Source: a virus (taxonomy: Duplodnaviria > Caudoviricetes). Taken from it: 52,018 nucleotides of DNA. The position numbers were made by a program, and so were the translations under genes. Of the stretch, positions 43,810 to 52,018 are shown one piece after another (the stretch's first letter is position 1; every line of letters starts with the position of its first letter). The notes beneath the pieces were generated by a model. The model saw only the letters and a program-made list of their open reading frames with translations, was not told the origin of the DNA and ran no database searches. The stretch lies in the IMG/VR virus record IMGVR_UViG_3300019874_000007, positions 1 through 52,018 of that record; one strand, given 5' to 3'.

Positions 43810-45165
43810 ATGGCCGATCGATCCAGTCTCGCTAGCCGCAACATCGGCTCTGTCGCAACGCTCCTCGGGGCGGGCGACTCGCTCCAGAACGTCAACACCT
43901 TTCAGCTGGATGACGGCTGCTTTGTGTACGTCACGGGTGAGCACGAGCACTACGAGCTCCACCGCGACTCGACCGCCCCCTCCAACCCGCCGCTCGTCAT
44001 CGTGCCGAGCGCCGGTCCCGGGCGCTGGGTACCGGCAACGGGAGGCACCATCGGCGCTCAGGGTTTCCAGGGTGCGCAGGGTCGCCAAGGCGCCCAAGGA
44101 TCACAGGGTGCTGGCTTTCAAGGTGCCCAAGGTGGCACGGGCGTCCAGGGCTTTCAGGGGGCCCAAGGCTTTCAGGGCGGCGGGTTCCAGGGCGCCCAGG
44201 GCGGGACGGGAACGCAGGGTTTCCAAGGCGGCGCGGGCGCGCAGGGCGCGACCGGATCCGGATCGCAAGGCGCGCAAGGCGCCACGGGATCAACCGGATC
44301 GCAAGGCTTCCAGGGTGCCACTGGCTCGGGATCTCAGGGCGCGCAAGGGGCGACTGGATCGACCGGCGCCCAGGGCTTTCAAGGTGCGACGGGTGCGACG
44401 GGCGCACAAGGGTTCCAGGGCGCTACTGGTACAACTGGCGCGCAAGGGTTCCAGGGCGCCACCGGCGCGGGGAGCCAAGGCGCGCAGGGTGCTACTGGCA
44501 CGACCGGCGCGCAGGGCTTTCAAGGTGCGACGGGTGCGACGGGCGCACAAGGGTTCCAGGGCGCTACTGGTACAACTGGCGCGCAGGGTTTCCAAGGCGC
44601 CACCGGGTCAACCGGTGCGCAGGGCTTCCAAGGCGCCACCGGCAGCACAGGTACTCAAGGCTTCCAAGGGGCAACTGGATCGACCGGCGCGCAAGGCTTC
44701 CAAGGCGCAACTGGCACCACTGGCGCACAAGGAGCGCAGGGCTTTCAGGGTGCCACGGGCGTGCAAGGGTTTCAGGGTGCGACCGGATCGGGCGCGCAAG
44801 GAGCGCAGGGGGCGCAAGGATTCCAAGGAGCCCAGGGGTTTCAAGGATCGAACCCTATCGTCAACGAAGTCAATGCGGGCAACACGTCGACCGCGATCAC
44901 GCTGAACTTCACCAATGGGGTGAATCAACTCGTGACGATGACGGGCAACGTGACCTTCACGTTTACCGCCCCCGCTAACTCGCGCCACGTGCAGGTGCGA
45001 ATGCTGGAGGGGTCGGGTGGATTCACGCGTACCTGGCCAGCTACGGTCAAGTGGTCGAACGGCACGCAACCCACGTGGGTGACTACGGCTTCCGCCGTCA
45101 ACATCGCGAGCTTCTACTACGACGGCACGAATTACTGGGGCCAGGGCGGCACCGGGTTCGCGTGA
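43810..45165 (+). CDS. Collagen-like fibre/spike protein
   Basis: Start MADRSS after GAGGAG; ~75-aa N-domain; ~265 aa of GAQ/GFQ/GAT triplets; beta-sandwich-like C-terminal domain (TWPATVKW). Confidence 0.9.
   Translation: MADRSSLASRNIGSVATLLGAGDSLQNVNTFQLDDGCFVYVTGEHEHYELHRDSTAPSNPPLVIVPSAGPGRWVPATGGTIGAQGFQGAQGRQGAQGSQGAGFQGAQGGTGVQGFQGAQGFQGGGFQGAQGGTGTQGFQGGAGAQGATGSGSQGAQGATGSTGSQGFQGATGSGSQGAQGATGSTGAQGFQGATGATGAQGFQGATGTTGAQGFQGATGAGSQGAQGATGTTGAQGFQGATGATGAQGFQGATGTTGAQGFQGATGSTGAQGFQGATGSTGTQGFQGATGSTGAQGFQGATGTTGAQGAQGFQGATGVQGFQGATGSGAQGAQGAQGFQGAQGFQGSNPIVNEVNAGNTSTAITLNFTNGVNQLVTMTGNVTFTFTAPANSRHVQVRMLEGSGGFTRTWPATVKWSNGTQPTWVTTASAVNIASFYYDGTNYWGQGGTGFA
44053..44850 (+). repeat. 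Gly-X-Y coding repeats including a 74-bp exact direct repeat
   Basis: 44371-44444 is identical to 44512-44585. Confidence 0.9.
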
Positions 45166-45176
45166 TCTGAGGACCC

Positions 45177-45893
45177 ATGGCGACCCCTGTCCTCACGGGC
45201 ACCAGGACCCAAATCTCCAATTTTGCCTTGGGCGGCACAACGCTGGCTGCGCCCTCACGCGCGGTGACCAAAGGCGACCTCATTTTGATCCCAGCGTTCC
45301 AGTCATTTGCGACCAAGCAAACGCTCACGATTTCCGACGGAGTGAACACCTACCTGCAAATCGGCGCCGCGATTGATTCGCCAGGTGCCAACGACAGCTC
45401 AGTCACATTTTGGTATGCCATCGCTGCGACGACCGCGACGATCGCGCCCCAGCTCAACTTCGGCGCGACGCAGGCCGTTGCGGCCGCTATCTGGTTTGAT
45501 CTCGCCACCAACATTGACCCATCTACACCGATCAGTAATAACAACGGCCAGCTGCAGGCAGCGGTCGCGACGACTACCGATGCCATCACTTCCGGCACGG
45601 CGACGCCAGTGGGCGTCCGTACGGGCTTCTTGGTCTACGGATTCTCCATGAACATCTCCGCCTCCGCCGTCCCGAACGCGGGCACCGCCTTCACCGATGG
45701 CGGATCGGGATGGGACTTCGGCTTCGGCACGCCGCTCATGCGGTCAGAGTCCAAAGCCGTCAGCGCGCTCACGCCAGTCGCCGCCACCTTTACGGCGACC
45801 GAAGCGAACGACGACTACATCACCTTCAACGCGATCATCAATGGTCTGCCGCTTTCCTCCGCGCTCTTCTATGGCGCCGGCACGACGAGCTAG
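45177..45893 (+). CDS. Thr/Ala-rich beta protein (fibre-associated)
   Basis: Paralogous to the C-terminal half of the next gene; ends YGAGTTS. Confidence 0.75.
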   Translation: MATPVLTGTRTQISNFALGGTTLAAPSRAVTKGDLILIPAFQSFATKQTLTISDGVNTYLQIGAAIDSPGANDSSVTFWYAIAATTATIAPQLNFGATQAVAAAIWFDLATNIDPSTPISNNNGQLQAAVATTTDAITSGTATPVGVRTGFLVYGFSMNISASAVPNAGTAFTDGGSGWDFGFGTPLMRSESKAVSALTPVAATFTATEANDDYITFNAIINGLPLSSALFYGAGTTS

Positions 45894-45903
45894 GCATTGA
45901 TCA

Positions 45904-47211
45904 ATGGCGGGCTACTCGACCTCGTTCCCTACCAACGAAGCGCCGCTCTCCTATGGGGGCACCTTTCTCCATACCCCCAACCCCTGGGCAACAGTCAGCG
46001 CCAACGGCGGGGAAGCCTTCGGTACGCAATCAGGCAGCGGCGGATTCGATGATGCCTACGTGTACTTGGCGATGCCGTTTAGCCAGAACTACATCGTCAA
46101 GACGACGGCGATCAAGGGCACCGTCGGCGCTGGGTTTCATGAGATAGAAAATCTTGGCCATTGGTCGGATACGTCGACCACGATCAGCGGCTACGAAACG
46201 AACATCGCCTTCGATGGTCAGTACATCGCGATATACAAGCTCGTCGGCACGCAGGGGACGTTCTTTCAGATGGCGCAGGTCAATGGCACGCGCGTTCCCG
46301 TGACGGGTGACGTGCTCAGCTCGACCTATGTGCGGAACACCATCCAGAGCTACCTGAACAACGAACTCCTGATCAACGCGATCGATGACGGTACGCACCT
46401 TGGTGCCGCACTCACGAACGGCGCTCCCGGATTCGGTTTCTTCCGAGACGCGGCATCGAGCGATCAGAAGGACTTCGGGATCACGCAATTTTCGGCGGAG
46501 GATTTGTTCGTGACGCTAGTGGGCGTCCGCACCGAGAACTCGACCGCCGCCCTGAACGCAACGACTTTCAACGCGACCTCGCGCGCGGTCGTCAAGGGAG
46601 ATCTTGTCATCATCGGGGCGTTTCAGTCGGTCGCCAATAAGCAGACCCTCTCGATCTCCGATAGTGTCAACACCTATCACCAGATCGGGACCAACATCGA
46701 CGTGGGCGGTGGCGACGACAGCTCGGTTACACTTTGGTACGCTGTCGCCACGACGACGACGACGCTCACCCCGCAACTCGTCTTCGGCGCTACCAATACG
46801 GGACCGGTCGCGATTTGGTTTGACCTAGCGCTCGGAATCGACAGCAATAACCCACTCAGCTCGACCGCGGCTCAGTCGCAGACCGGCATCGGTACGACGC
46901 CGAATGCTGTGACGAGCGGCAATGCTTCTCCCGTTGGATCAAGGGTCGGGTTCCTTGTTTACGCGCTCTCCATGAACATCTCAGGATCGATAGCGCCGGT
47001 GTTCGGGTCTGGTTTTCTCGACGCCGGAACTGGCTGGGCCTTCGGGGGCACTCCGCTCGCCCGTGCGGAGACCGAGATCGTGAAGACCGACACGGCGGTT
47101 GCGGGGACCTTCACTGGCGCCTCCGGCACGAACGACTTCATTACCTTCGTCGCGATCTTCAATGGCGCCGAAACGAACAACGTATTTTTCGGAGCAGGCA
47201 CGACGAGCTAG
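45904..47211 (+). CDS. Two-domain beta protein (lectin-like N-domain plus paralog of 45177-45893)
   Basis: SRAVVKGDL, SDSVNTY, SSVTLWYA, SMNIS; ends FGAGTTS. Confidence 0.75.
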   Translation: MAGYSTSFPTNEAPLSYGGTFLHTPNPWATVSANGGEAFGTQSGSGGFDDAYVYLAMPFSQNYIVKTTAIKGTVGAGFHEIENLGHWSDTSTTISGYETNIAFDGQYIAIYKLVGTQGTFFQMAQVNGTRVPVTGDVLSSTYVRNTIQSYLNNELLINAIDDGTHLGAALTNGAPGFGFFRDAASSDQKDFGITQFSAEDLFVTLVGVRTENSTAALNATTFNATSRAVVKGDLVIIGAFQSVANKQTLSISDSVNTYHQIGTNIDVGGGDDSSVTLWYAVATTTTTLTPQLVFGATNTGPVAIWFDLALGIDSNNPLSSTAAQSQTGIGTTPNAVTSGNASPVGSRVGFLVYALSMNISGSIAPVFGSGFLDAGTGWAFGGTPLARAETEIVKTDTAVAGTFTGASGTNDFITFVAIFNGAETNNVFFGAGTTS

Positions 47212-47891
47212 CGGTCGGGCCCGGACCAGATGCGCGAGAAGTAGTCGTTCTGGTAGATGCTGCCGGGGAGCAGGTGGTACGAGACGTGGTTCAGCCAGAG
47301 TACATAGGGAAGGGAGATCTGGTCCTGCGCGGACCAGTGCACGCATTCATCGAACCATGCCTTCTCAAAACGTTCGACGGTATATTCGTACAGTGGATCC
47401 GGACGATGATCTCGGACGATGCATCCGCCCGCCAGGAGCTCGGTTCCGGGGAAGCCAGCAGCAGTGTAATGCTGGGCCTGCTCGATCAGGGGCTCACCGA
47501 TGTATTTCCCCATCGATAGCGAGAAACGCGCTTCCTCAGCGAGCGAGCGCTGGCCTTCTGGATGCCGATAGAACGCGATCTGCTCGCTACCGAGCGAGCG
47601 GAGGCAATGCTCGATGAAGCCCTCCGTCTTGTGGAAACGCACGCTCGAGTCGATGTAGATCGATAGCTCGTGCTCCGGGAACAAGTGGCTCGCGCTCATC
47701 TTGTACCACTTGGCGTCCATGCGCGCGGTCTTGAAGCGCGAGCGCCTCCGCATCACGCTCCAGGTGGAGCGCTCGCGCGCGAGCGTCGGCGAGTCGGTGA
47801 AGCAGATGAGGTCGGCTTGGCCCTCGAAGCCGTGGAGCTCAGCGGGCTGGTCGTGATCGCCGAAGCACGCGGTGTAGATGACGGTCTTCAT
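47208..47891 (-). CDS. DUF616 (TOD1/MUCI70-like) glycosyltransferase
   Basis: VIYTACFGDHD, ICFTD, SIYIDSS, HP, WF.E, DQISLPYVLW. Confidence 0.85.
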   Translation of the reverse strand: MKTVIYTACFGDHDQPAELHGFEGQADLICFTDSPTLARERSTWSVMRRRSRFKTARMDAKWYKMSASHLFPEHELSIYIDSSVRFHKTEGFIEHCLRSLGSEQIAFYRHPEGQRSLAEEARFSLSMGKYIGEPLIEQAQHYTAAGFPGTELLAGGCIVRDHRPDPLYEYTVERFEKAWFDECVHWSAQDQISLPYVLWLNHVSYHLLPGSIYQNDYFSRIWSGPDR

Positions 47892-47896
47892 TCCGG

Positions 47897-48517
47897 TCAC
47901 CGCGCCACGTTGAAGAAGAAGAGCTGCACGAGGCGCGGATCTTCTGAGGTGAAGCTGTCGTAGCTCGTTGCCGAGTGAATCAGCTGCGCGTCCCACAGCA
48001 CGAGGCGGTTGTAGACGCTGCCTACGCGATCGACGAGCTCCCAGTTGTCCGGATTCGTCAGATTGAACTGGCTGTACGTCTCCTGGTAACCCGCCGCGCC
48101 CGAAGGCGGCCGCCGCGCGCCGGTGATCTTGTTCCGCCAGAAGCTGGTGCCAGCGCCGACTCGCTCGTCGGGGACGTGGGTCTTGAAGAAAAAGTCGCGA
48201 TGGTCGGTGAGGTAGACCGCCGCCGCATAGCTCTGCGTGTCGGAATGCCACACGAGGGGATCGTCGCTCGTGGTCTTCTGGAAGGAGCCGTTCGCGGGCT
48301 GGGCCATCCAGTCGGTGATCGTCACCCGAAGCAGCCGCTCGAACTCTTCCTTCACGTAGGGATACAAAAACTTTTTCTTTGATCGGACCCCCTTGAAGTA
48401 GCGCCCGTCGGCCTCGTACTCAGCGCCGAGGGCTTCGGCCCGGACTTCGTCCGGAAACTGGTAGAAGTCGTCGACCACGAGCAGCGCGGGGGTGCGTGAA
48501 TGGAAATTCGTCGCCAT
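47897..48517 (-). CDS. 2OG-Fe(II) oxygenase (DUF6445-like)
   Basis: VVDDFY..PDEVR, HSD, AAVYLT, GTSFW, YNRLVLWD..IHSA, RLVQLFF. Confidence 0.85.
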   Translation of the reverse strand: MATNFHSRTPALLVVDDFYQFPDEVRAEALGAEYEADGRYFKGVRSKKKFLYPYVKEEFERLLRVTITDWMAQPANGSFQKTTSDDPLVWHSDTQSYAAAVYLTDHRDFFFKTHVPDERVGAGTSFWRNKITGARRPPSGAAGYQETYSQFNLTNPDNWELVDRVGSVYNRLVLWDAQLIHSATSYDSFTSEDPRLVQLFFFNVAR

Positions 48518-48552
48518 CGAGGCACTCTGCCAGGCCGGGATGGCGATCTTCA

Positions 48553-48593
48553 ACCCAAAAACTTGAGGGTAGGCCCCTCCGCGGGGTAGGCTT
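48553..48593 (+). promoter_or_regulatory. Putative late/structural promoter, copy 3
   Basis: ACCCAAAAAC-TTGAGG-N18-TAGGCTT. Confidence 0.7.
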
Positions 48594-48680
48594 CCCTCCA
48601 CTAGGCCAGGTTTGGGTCGGGTTCATCAGGATCCGCAACAACGGGACGGCAGAGCAGCGCCAAGCTCCGCCCTTTTCCCA

Positions 48681-51600
48681 ATGACCCAATCCAGCGTGGC
48701 TAGTAGAAATATCGGATCCGTTACGACCCTCCTCGGGGCGGGCGATTCTCTCGAGAATGTCGGTACCGCCATTCTCGATGATGGGTGCTTTGCCTACGTC
48801 GAATCCGAGCTCAAGCACTACGAGCTTCACAAGTTCGATACGTCCCCGCCCAACCCCCCGCTCGTCATCAAGCCGATCTGCAATATCGGTCGCTGGGTGC
48901 CGGCCGGTGGCGGCGCGCAAGGTAGCCAGGGCCCACAGGGCCGGCAAGGCGCCCAGGGCTTTCAAGGGTTTCAGGGCGGCGGCAGCCAAGGCGCGCAGGG
49001 CGGCACCGGCGCGCAGGGGTCGAGTGGCGGCGCGCAGGGCGCCCAAGGCGCACAAGGTGGCACGGCTCAGATCAATCCCGCGAGCATCGCAGCGCTTCAA
49101 GCGGTCGACACGACAGGCCTCACTTCAGGCACGCTCGCCGACACGGGCACCGTTGGCGATCTCTATCGCCTGAACAAGTCCCCGACGGCTGGCGAGACCG
49201 CGGGGATCGATGCGACTCAGGTCGTCGCGGCCACCACCGTTGCGGGCAACGTGTGGGAGCGGATGGGGATCGTCAGCCTCGCCAATGCGTTCGTGGCGGG
49301 TTGGTTCGTGGACGACGCAACTGGCAATGACACGAACAACGGGACATCGAGCATCACGGCTCTGAAGACGACGGAAGAGCTGTGTCGCAGGCTTTCCCCT
49401 GGCGGGCAAACGTACGTCGTTCGGCAAAACACGGCCGTCACGATTGGGACGGGATCCTACGGGGATCTATCGCTCAACGTCTCCTTTCCGTCGGGCACGG
49501 CGTTTTCGTTTACGATCAATGGCTCGGTCACGAGCAGCGCGGCGATCACGCTCGCGACCGTCGTCGACACCGTACCAACGGTGACTCCGGTACGGGGTCG
49601 CATCACGACGGCGTCGGGCACGTTCGTGGACAAGAAGCGCATTCGCTCGACGAGCGGCGCAAGCGTCGGCGCGATCACCTACAGCACGGGACTCACGAGC
49701 GCGACCGATACGTTCGTGAAGAGTTGGTTCCTCGAGTCGAGCCTCACCGCGGTCAACATCGCTCCGGGCACGACGTGCGTCGTCGATACGCTGACGACCT
49801 CGATTGCTCGGGTGCAGATCAGGACCGCAGGTAATCCGATTGCTGGGACGTTCAAGATCTCCGATGTCATCCTAGCAAACGGCTGCGACATCGAAGATTT
49901 CATCGTGGGCAGCGCGGCGATGCAGCTATCGCAGTGCGAGTTAGGCGGAGGCAGCGGATCGTGTCGAGTCAATGGCAATATTCAGTTTCTGAATTGCCGA
50001 TCCACGACCTCGCTCCTGAGCGTATTTCAGCTGATTCAGCCAGTATTCATCGGGAGCGTCATCGAGGGCCAGTTCATTACTGAGACCTCGACACTATTTT
50101 TCCGTGCCAATTGTTTCAACGGCGGCACCCTCCATTTGGGGGGCACCATCACGACCGCCAACGCCACGACACGCCTCAATGACGTGGAATGGGTCAATGG
50201 CATCGCAAGCTCGGCGGTGTCGCTCGCCGCCGGGACGACGCTCGAGGTGACGGGGCAGCAGTTCGGGTTTGGCGCGGCTTATGCGACTGGGTTCCAGCTG
50301 GACAGCGGAGCCATTGCGTCGACAACCGCCGTCTCCTTTTTAGGAATCATCGCTACGCAGCAGCTCGTGATGAGCGGGCGCAATCTGCTGTATGCGAATG
50401 TGCCAATCAGCTTCCCTGAAGCCGCATGCTTTTTCGCCCTGAGTCCAGACCCCTCAGCGCTGGGCACCAATCGCTCGCTCGGGTTCGTGGCGAACTGGTA
50501 CGTAGACTCCGTATCAGGCAGCGACACGAACGACGGTCAATCGCCGAGCACCGCTCTTAGTACTGTCGAAGGTCTGAGTCAGCGCCTGTGCCCCGGCGGA
50601 CAGACGCTGATTCTGCATCAGGGCACGACTATCCATCTTCTAGGTGCGGGCCCCTATGGTGAGCTCGCGCTCAACATCGACTGGGTCGCCGGCACGCCCA
50701 CGACGGAGTTCCTGACCATCCTCGGCGCAGTCAGCTCCAGCGCGCCGATCACGCTATCGGCAGTGGTCGACACGGCTGTGCCGACCACGCGCGGGCAGGT
50801 GACGACCCTGTCGGGGAGCTTCACTGCGGGCAAACGCATTCGTTCGACGAGCGGGGCTCACAGCGGCTCGATCTGTTTTTCTACCGGACAGAACGCTTCC
50901 GCGCAGAATCATTTCGTGTCGGAGTGGTTCGATTACAACGCTGACCAGCTGCGTGTGATTGCGCCCGGCACTACGTGCGTCGTCGATACGCTGCAGACTA
51001 CGTTGGGGTTCCTCAAGATCAACGCTTCAGGCGCCGGATACGTGCAGGTGCAGGATCTGATCATCGCCAGCACGCGTGCGGTTGTCGACGCGGAGTTTCC
51101 GACTGGGGTGTTTTATTTTGGATGCGACATTGCTGCCGCAGTCGGTGGGGAATGGAGCAGCATTGGCACGGTAGTCTGCTCTTCATGTCGACTAATCAGT
51201 CAGACATTTTTCGAGTCAGCCACCTCCACATTTTACTTTTTCGGCTGCGCCATTCAGGCCGAGCTCGTGGCCTGGGCGCAAAGCACGGTCGCGCGGATAA
51301 GTAATGGGAATTTTGTTGACGGTGCCACTGGTGGGAAAATTACGCTCTCGAGACTTGCGTCGCTGTGGACGGAGGAGAATATCGAGTTCGTAAACGGCGG
51401 ATCGGGGACGGGCATAGCGATACAATCCGGCGGTAGGCTCATCAACACGGGAGGGGGTCAGCTGTGGGGTGCGTCAACGCCGTTCGCGATTGGTGTGAGC
51501 GTGGAGAGCGGCGCGTCCGTCGTGCTCGCTGCCGCTGCCAATGTCTCGTTTCCGTCGACCATCAACTACTCGATCACGGGTCACAACATCACCTATGGGT

Positions 51601-52018
51601 CGATCCCGATCTCGTACGACAGAGCGGGCGCCTTCATTGCAATCAACCCCGATCCAGGTGCGACGGCTGGGTCCCAGGGTGCCCAGGGCTTCCAAGGCGC
51701 GATCGGTCAGCAGGGCTTTCAGGGACAAAACGGCGGCGGCGCGCAAGGATCTCAGGGCCGGCAAGGCGCCCAAGGCGCGACGGGTACCGCTGGAGCGACT
51801 GGCGCGCAGGGCTTCCAAGGCGCCCAGGGCTTCCAGGGTGGCGGCTTCCAGGGTGCGCAAGGCGCTCAAGCGGGCATCGGTGCGCAGGGCTTCCAGGGTG
51901 CCACGGGCTCAGGTAGCCAAGGTGCGCAGGGTGGCACCGGTACGACCGGCGCACAGGGCTTCCAAGGCGCGCAGGGCGGCGGTTTCCAGGGAGCGCAGGG
52001 CTTCCAGGGGGCAGCCGG
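48681..52018 (+). CDS. Large fibre/spike protein (runs off right edge): shared N-domain, short collagen, two tandem ~398-aa beta-helix-like domains, second collagen tract
   Basis: Not in ORF track (no stop in window). [24 protein letters not shown]...; WFVDDATGNDTNNG near 49300 and WYVDSVSGSDTNDG near 50495; GAQGFQ repeats from ~51670. Confidence 0.88.
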   Translation, partial: MTQSSVASRNIGSVTTLLGAGDSLENVGTAILDDGCFAYVESELKHYELHKFDTSPPNPPLVIKPICNIGRWVPAGGGAQGSQGPQGRQGAQGFQGFQGGGSQGAQGGTGAQGSSGGAQGAQGAQGGTAQINPASIAALQAVDTTGLTSGTLADTGTVGDLYRLNKSPTAGETAGIDATQVVAATTVAGNVWERMGIVSLANAFVAGWFVDDATGNDTNNGTSSITALKTTEELCRRLSPGGQTYVVRQNTAVTIGTGSYGDLSLNVSFPSGTAFSFTINGSVTSSAAITLATVVDTVPTVTPVRGRITTASGTFVDKKRIRSTSGASVGAITYSTGLTSATDTFVKSWFLESSLTAVNIAPGTTCVVDTLTTSIARVQIRTAGNPIAGTFKISDVILANGCDIEDFIVGSAAMQLSQCELGGGSGSCRVNGNIQFLNCRSTTSLLSVFQLIQPVFIGSVIEGQFITETSTLFFRANCFNGGTLHLGGTITTANATTRLNDVEWVNGIASSAVSLAAGTTLEVTGQQFGFGAAYATGFQLDSGAIASTTAVSFLGIIATQQLVMSGRNLLYANVPISFPEAACFFALSPDPSALGTNRSLGFVANWYVDSVSGSDTNDGQSPSTALSTVEGLSQRLCPGGQTLILHQGTTIHLLGAGPYGELALNIDWVAGTPTTEFLTILGAVSSSAPITLSAVVDTAVPTTRGQVTTLSGSFTAGKRIRSTSGAHSGSICFSTGQNASAQNHFVSEWFDYNADQLRVIAPGTTCVVDTLQTTLGFLKINASGAGYVQVQDLIIASTRAVVDAEFPTGVFYFGCDIAAAVGGEWSSIGTVVCSSCRLISQTFFESATSTFYFFGCAIQAELVAWAQSTVARISNGNFVDGATGGKITLSRLASLWTEENIEFVNGGSGTGIAIQSGGRLINTGGGQLWGASTPFAIGVSVESGASVVLAAAANVSFPSTINYSITGHNITYGSIPISYDRAGAFIAINPDPGATAGSQGAQGFQGAIGQQGFQGQNGGGAQGSQGRQGAQGATGTAGATGAQGFQGAQGFQGGGFQGAQGAQAGIGAQGFQGATGSGSQGAQGGTGTTGAQGFQGAQGGGFQGAQGFQGAA

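Noticed and set aside
44053-44850. Regularly spaced DNA repeats resembling a CRISPR or non-coding array
   Set aside because: Fully explained by in-frame Gly-X-Y codons with synonymous variation; no unique spacers and no cas genes.
45177-52018. Diversity-generating retroelement or invertase shufflon acting on the fibre genes
   Set aside because: No reverse transcriptase or recombinase and no near-identical template/variable repeat pair seen in the window.
1-52018. tRNA, rRNA, integrase/att sites, transposases
   Set aside because: None recognised by eye; tRNAscan/Infernal runs would be needed to exclude small RNAs.

Overview
A ~52 kb, GC-rich (roughly 65%), tightly packed, phage-like window. 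The host is probably a myxobacterium (Polyangia-like); this is inferred from the style of the DnaB N-terminus and a Cys-rich lipoprotein, not established. Left arm (1-11 kb, minus strand): seven small-to-medium proteins with C-terminal membrane segments, two carrying peptidoglycan-binding-like domains. They share a recurring [LVY]xG[LMF]G motif and follow a transglutaminase-like Cys protease, an 859-aa coiled-coil protein and an apparently inactivated RuvC. Middle (11-39 kb): early/replication genes (initiator with a probable internal origin, degenerate DnaC-like loader, DnaB, DnaA-domain-IV protein, beta clamp, ThyX-like, P-loop kinase, two MazG-like NTP-PPases, DUF1643, SLOG, HicB, papain-like protease) and many small paralogous or Zn-finger ORFs, with a strand switch at ~34.87 kb. 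Right arm (39-52 kb): lysozyme-like protein, putative virion proteins, three glycosyltransferases, a frameshifted methyltransferase, a 2OG-Fe(II) oxygenase, and two almost proline-free collagen-like fibre proteins sharing an N-terminal domain. No terminase, portal, tail, integrase or recognisable major capsid gene was seen; the gene content fits a tailless, membrane-containing virus whose capsid genes may lie outside the window. A 41-bp promoter motif precedes three virion operons, and a parS-like site lies at 10196. All family calls come from motif recognition by eye, not database searches. Several start codons were re-assigned from the ORF track using stop/start overlaps.
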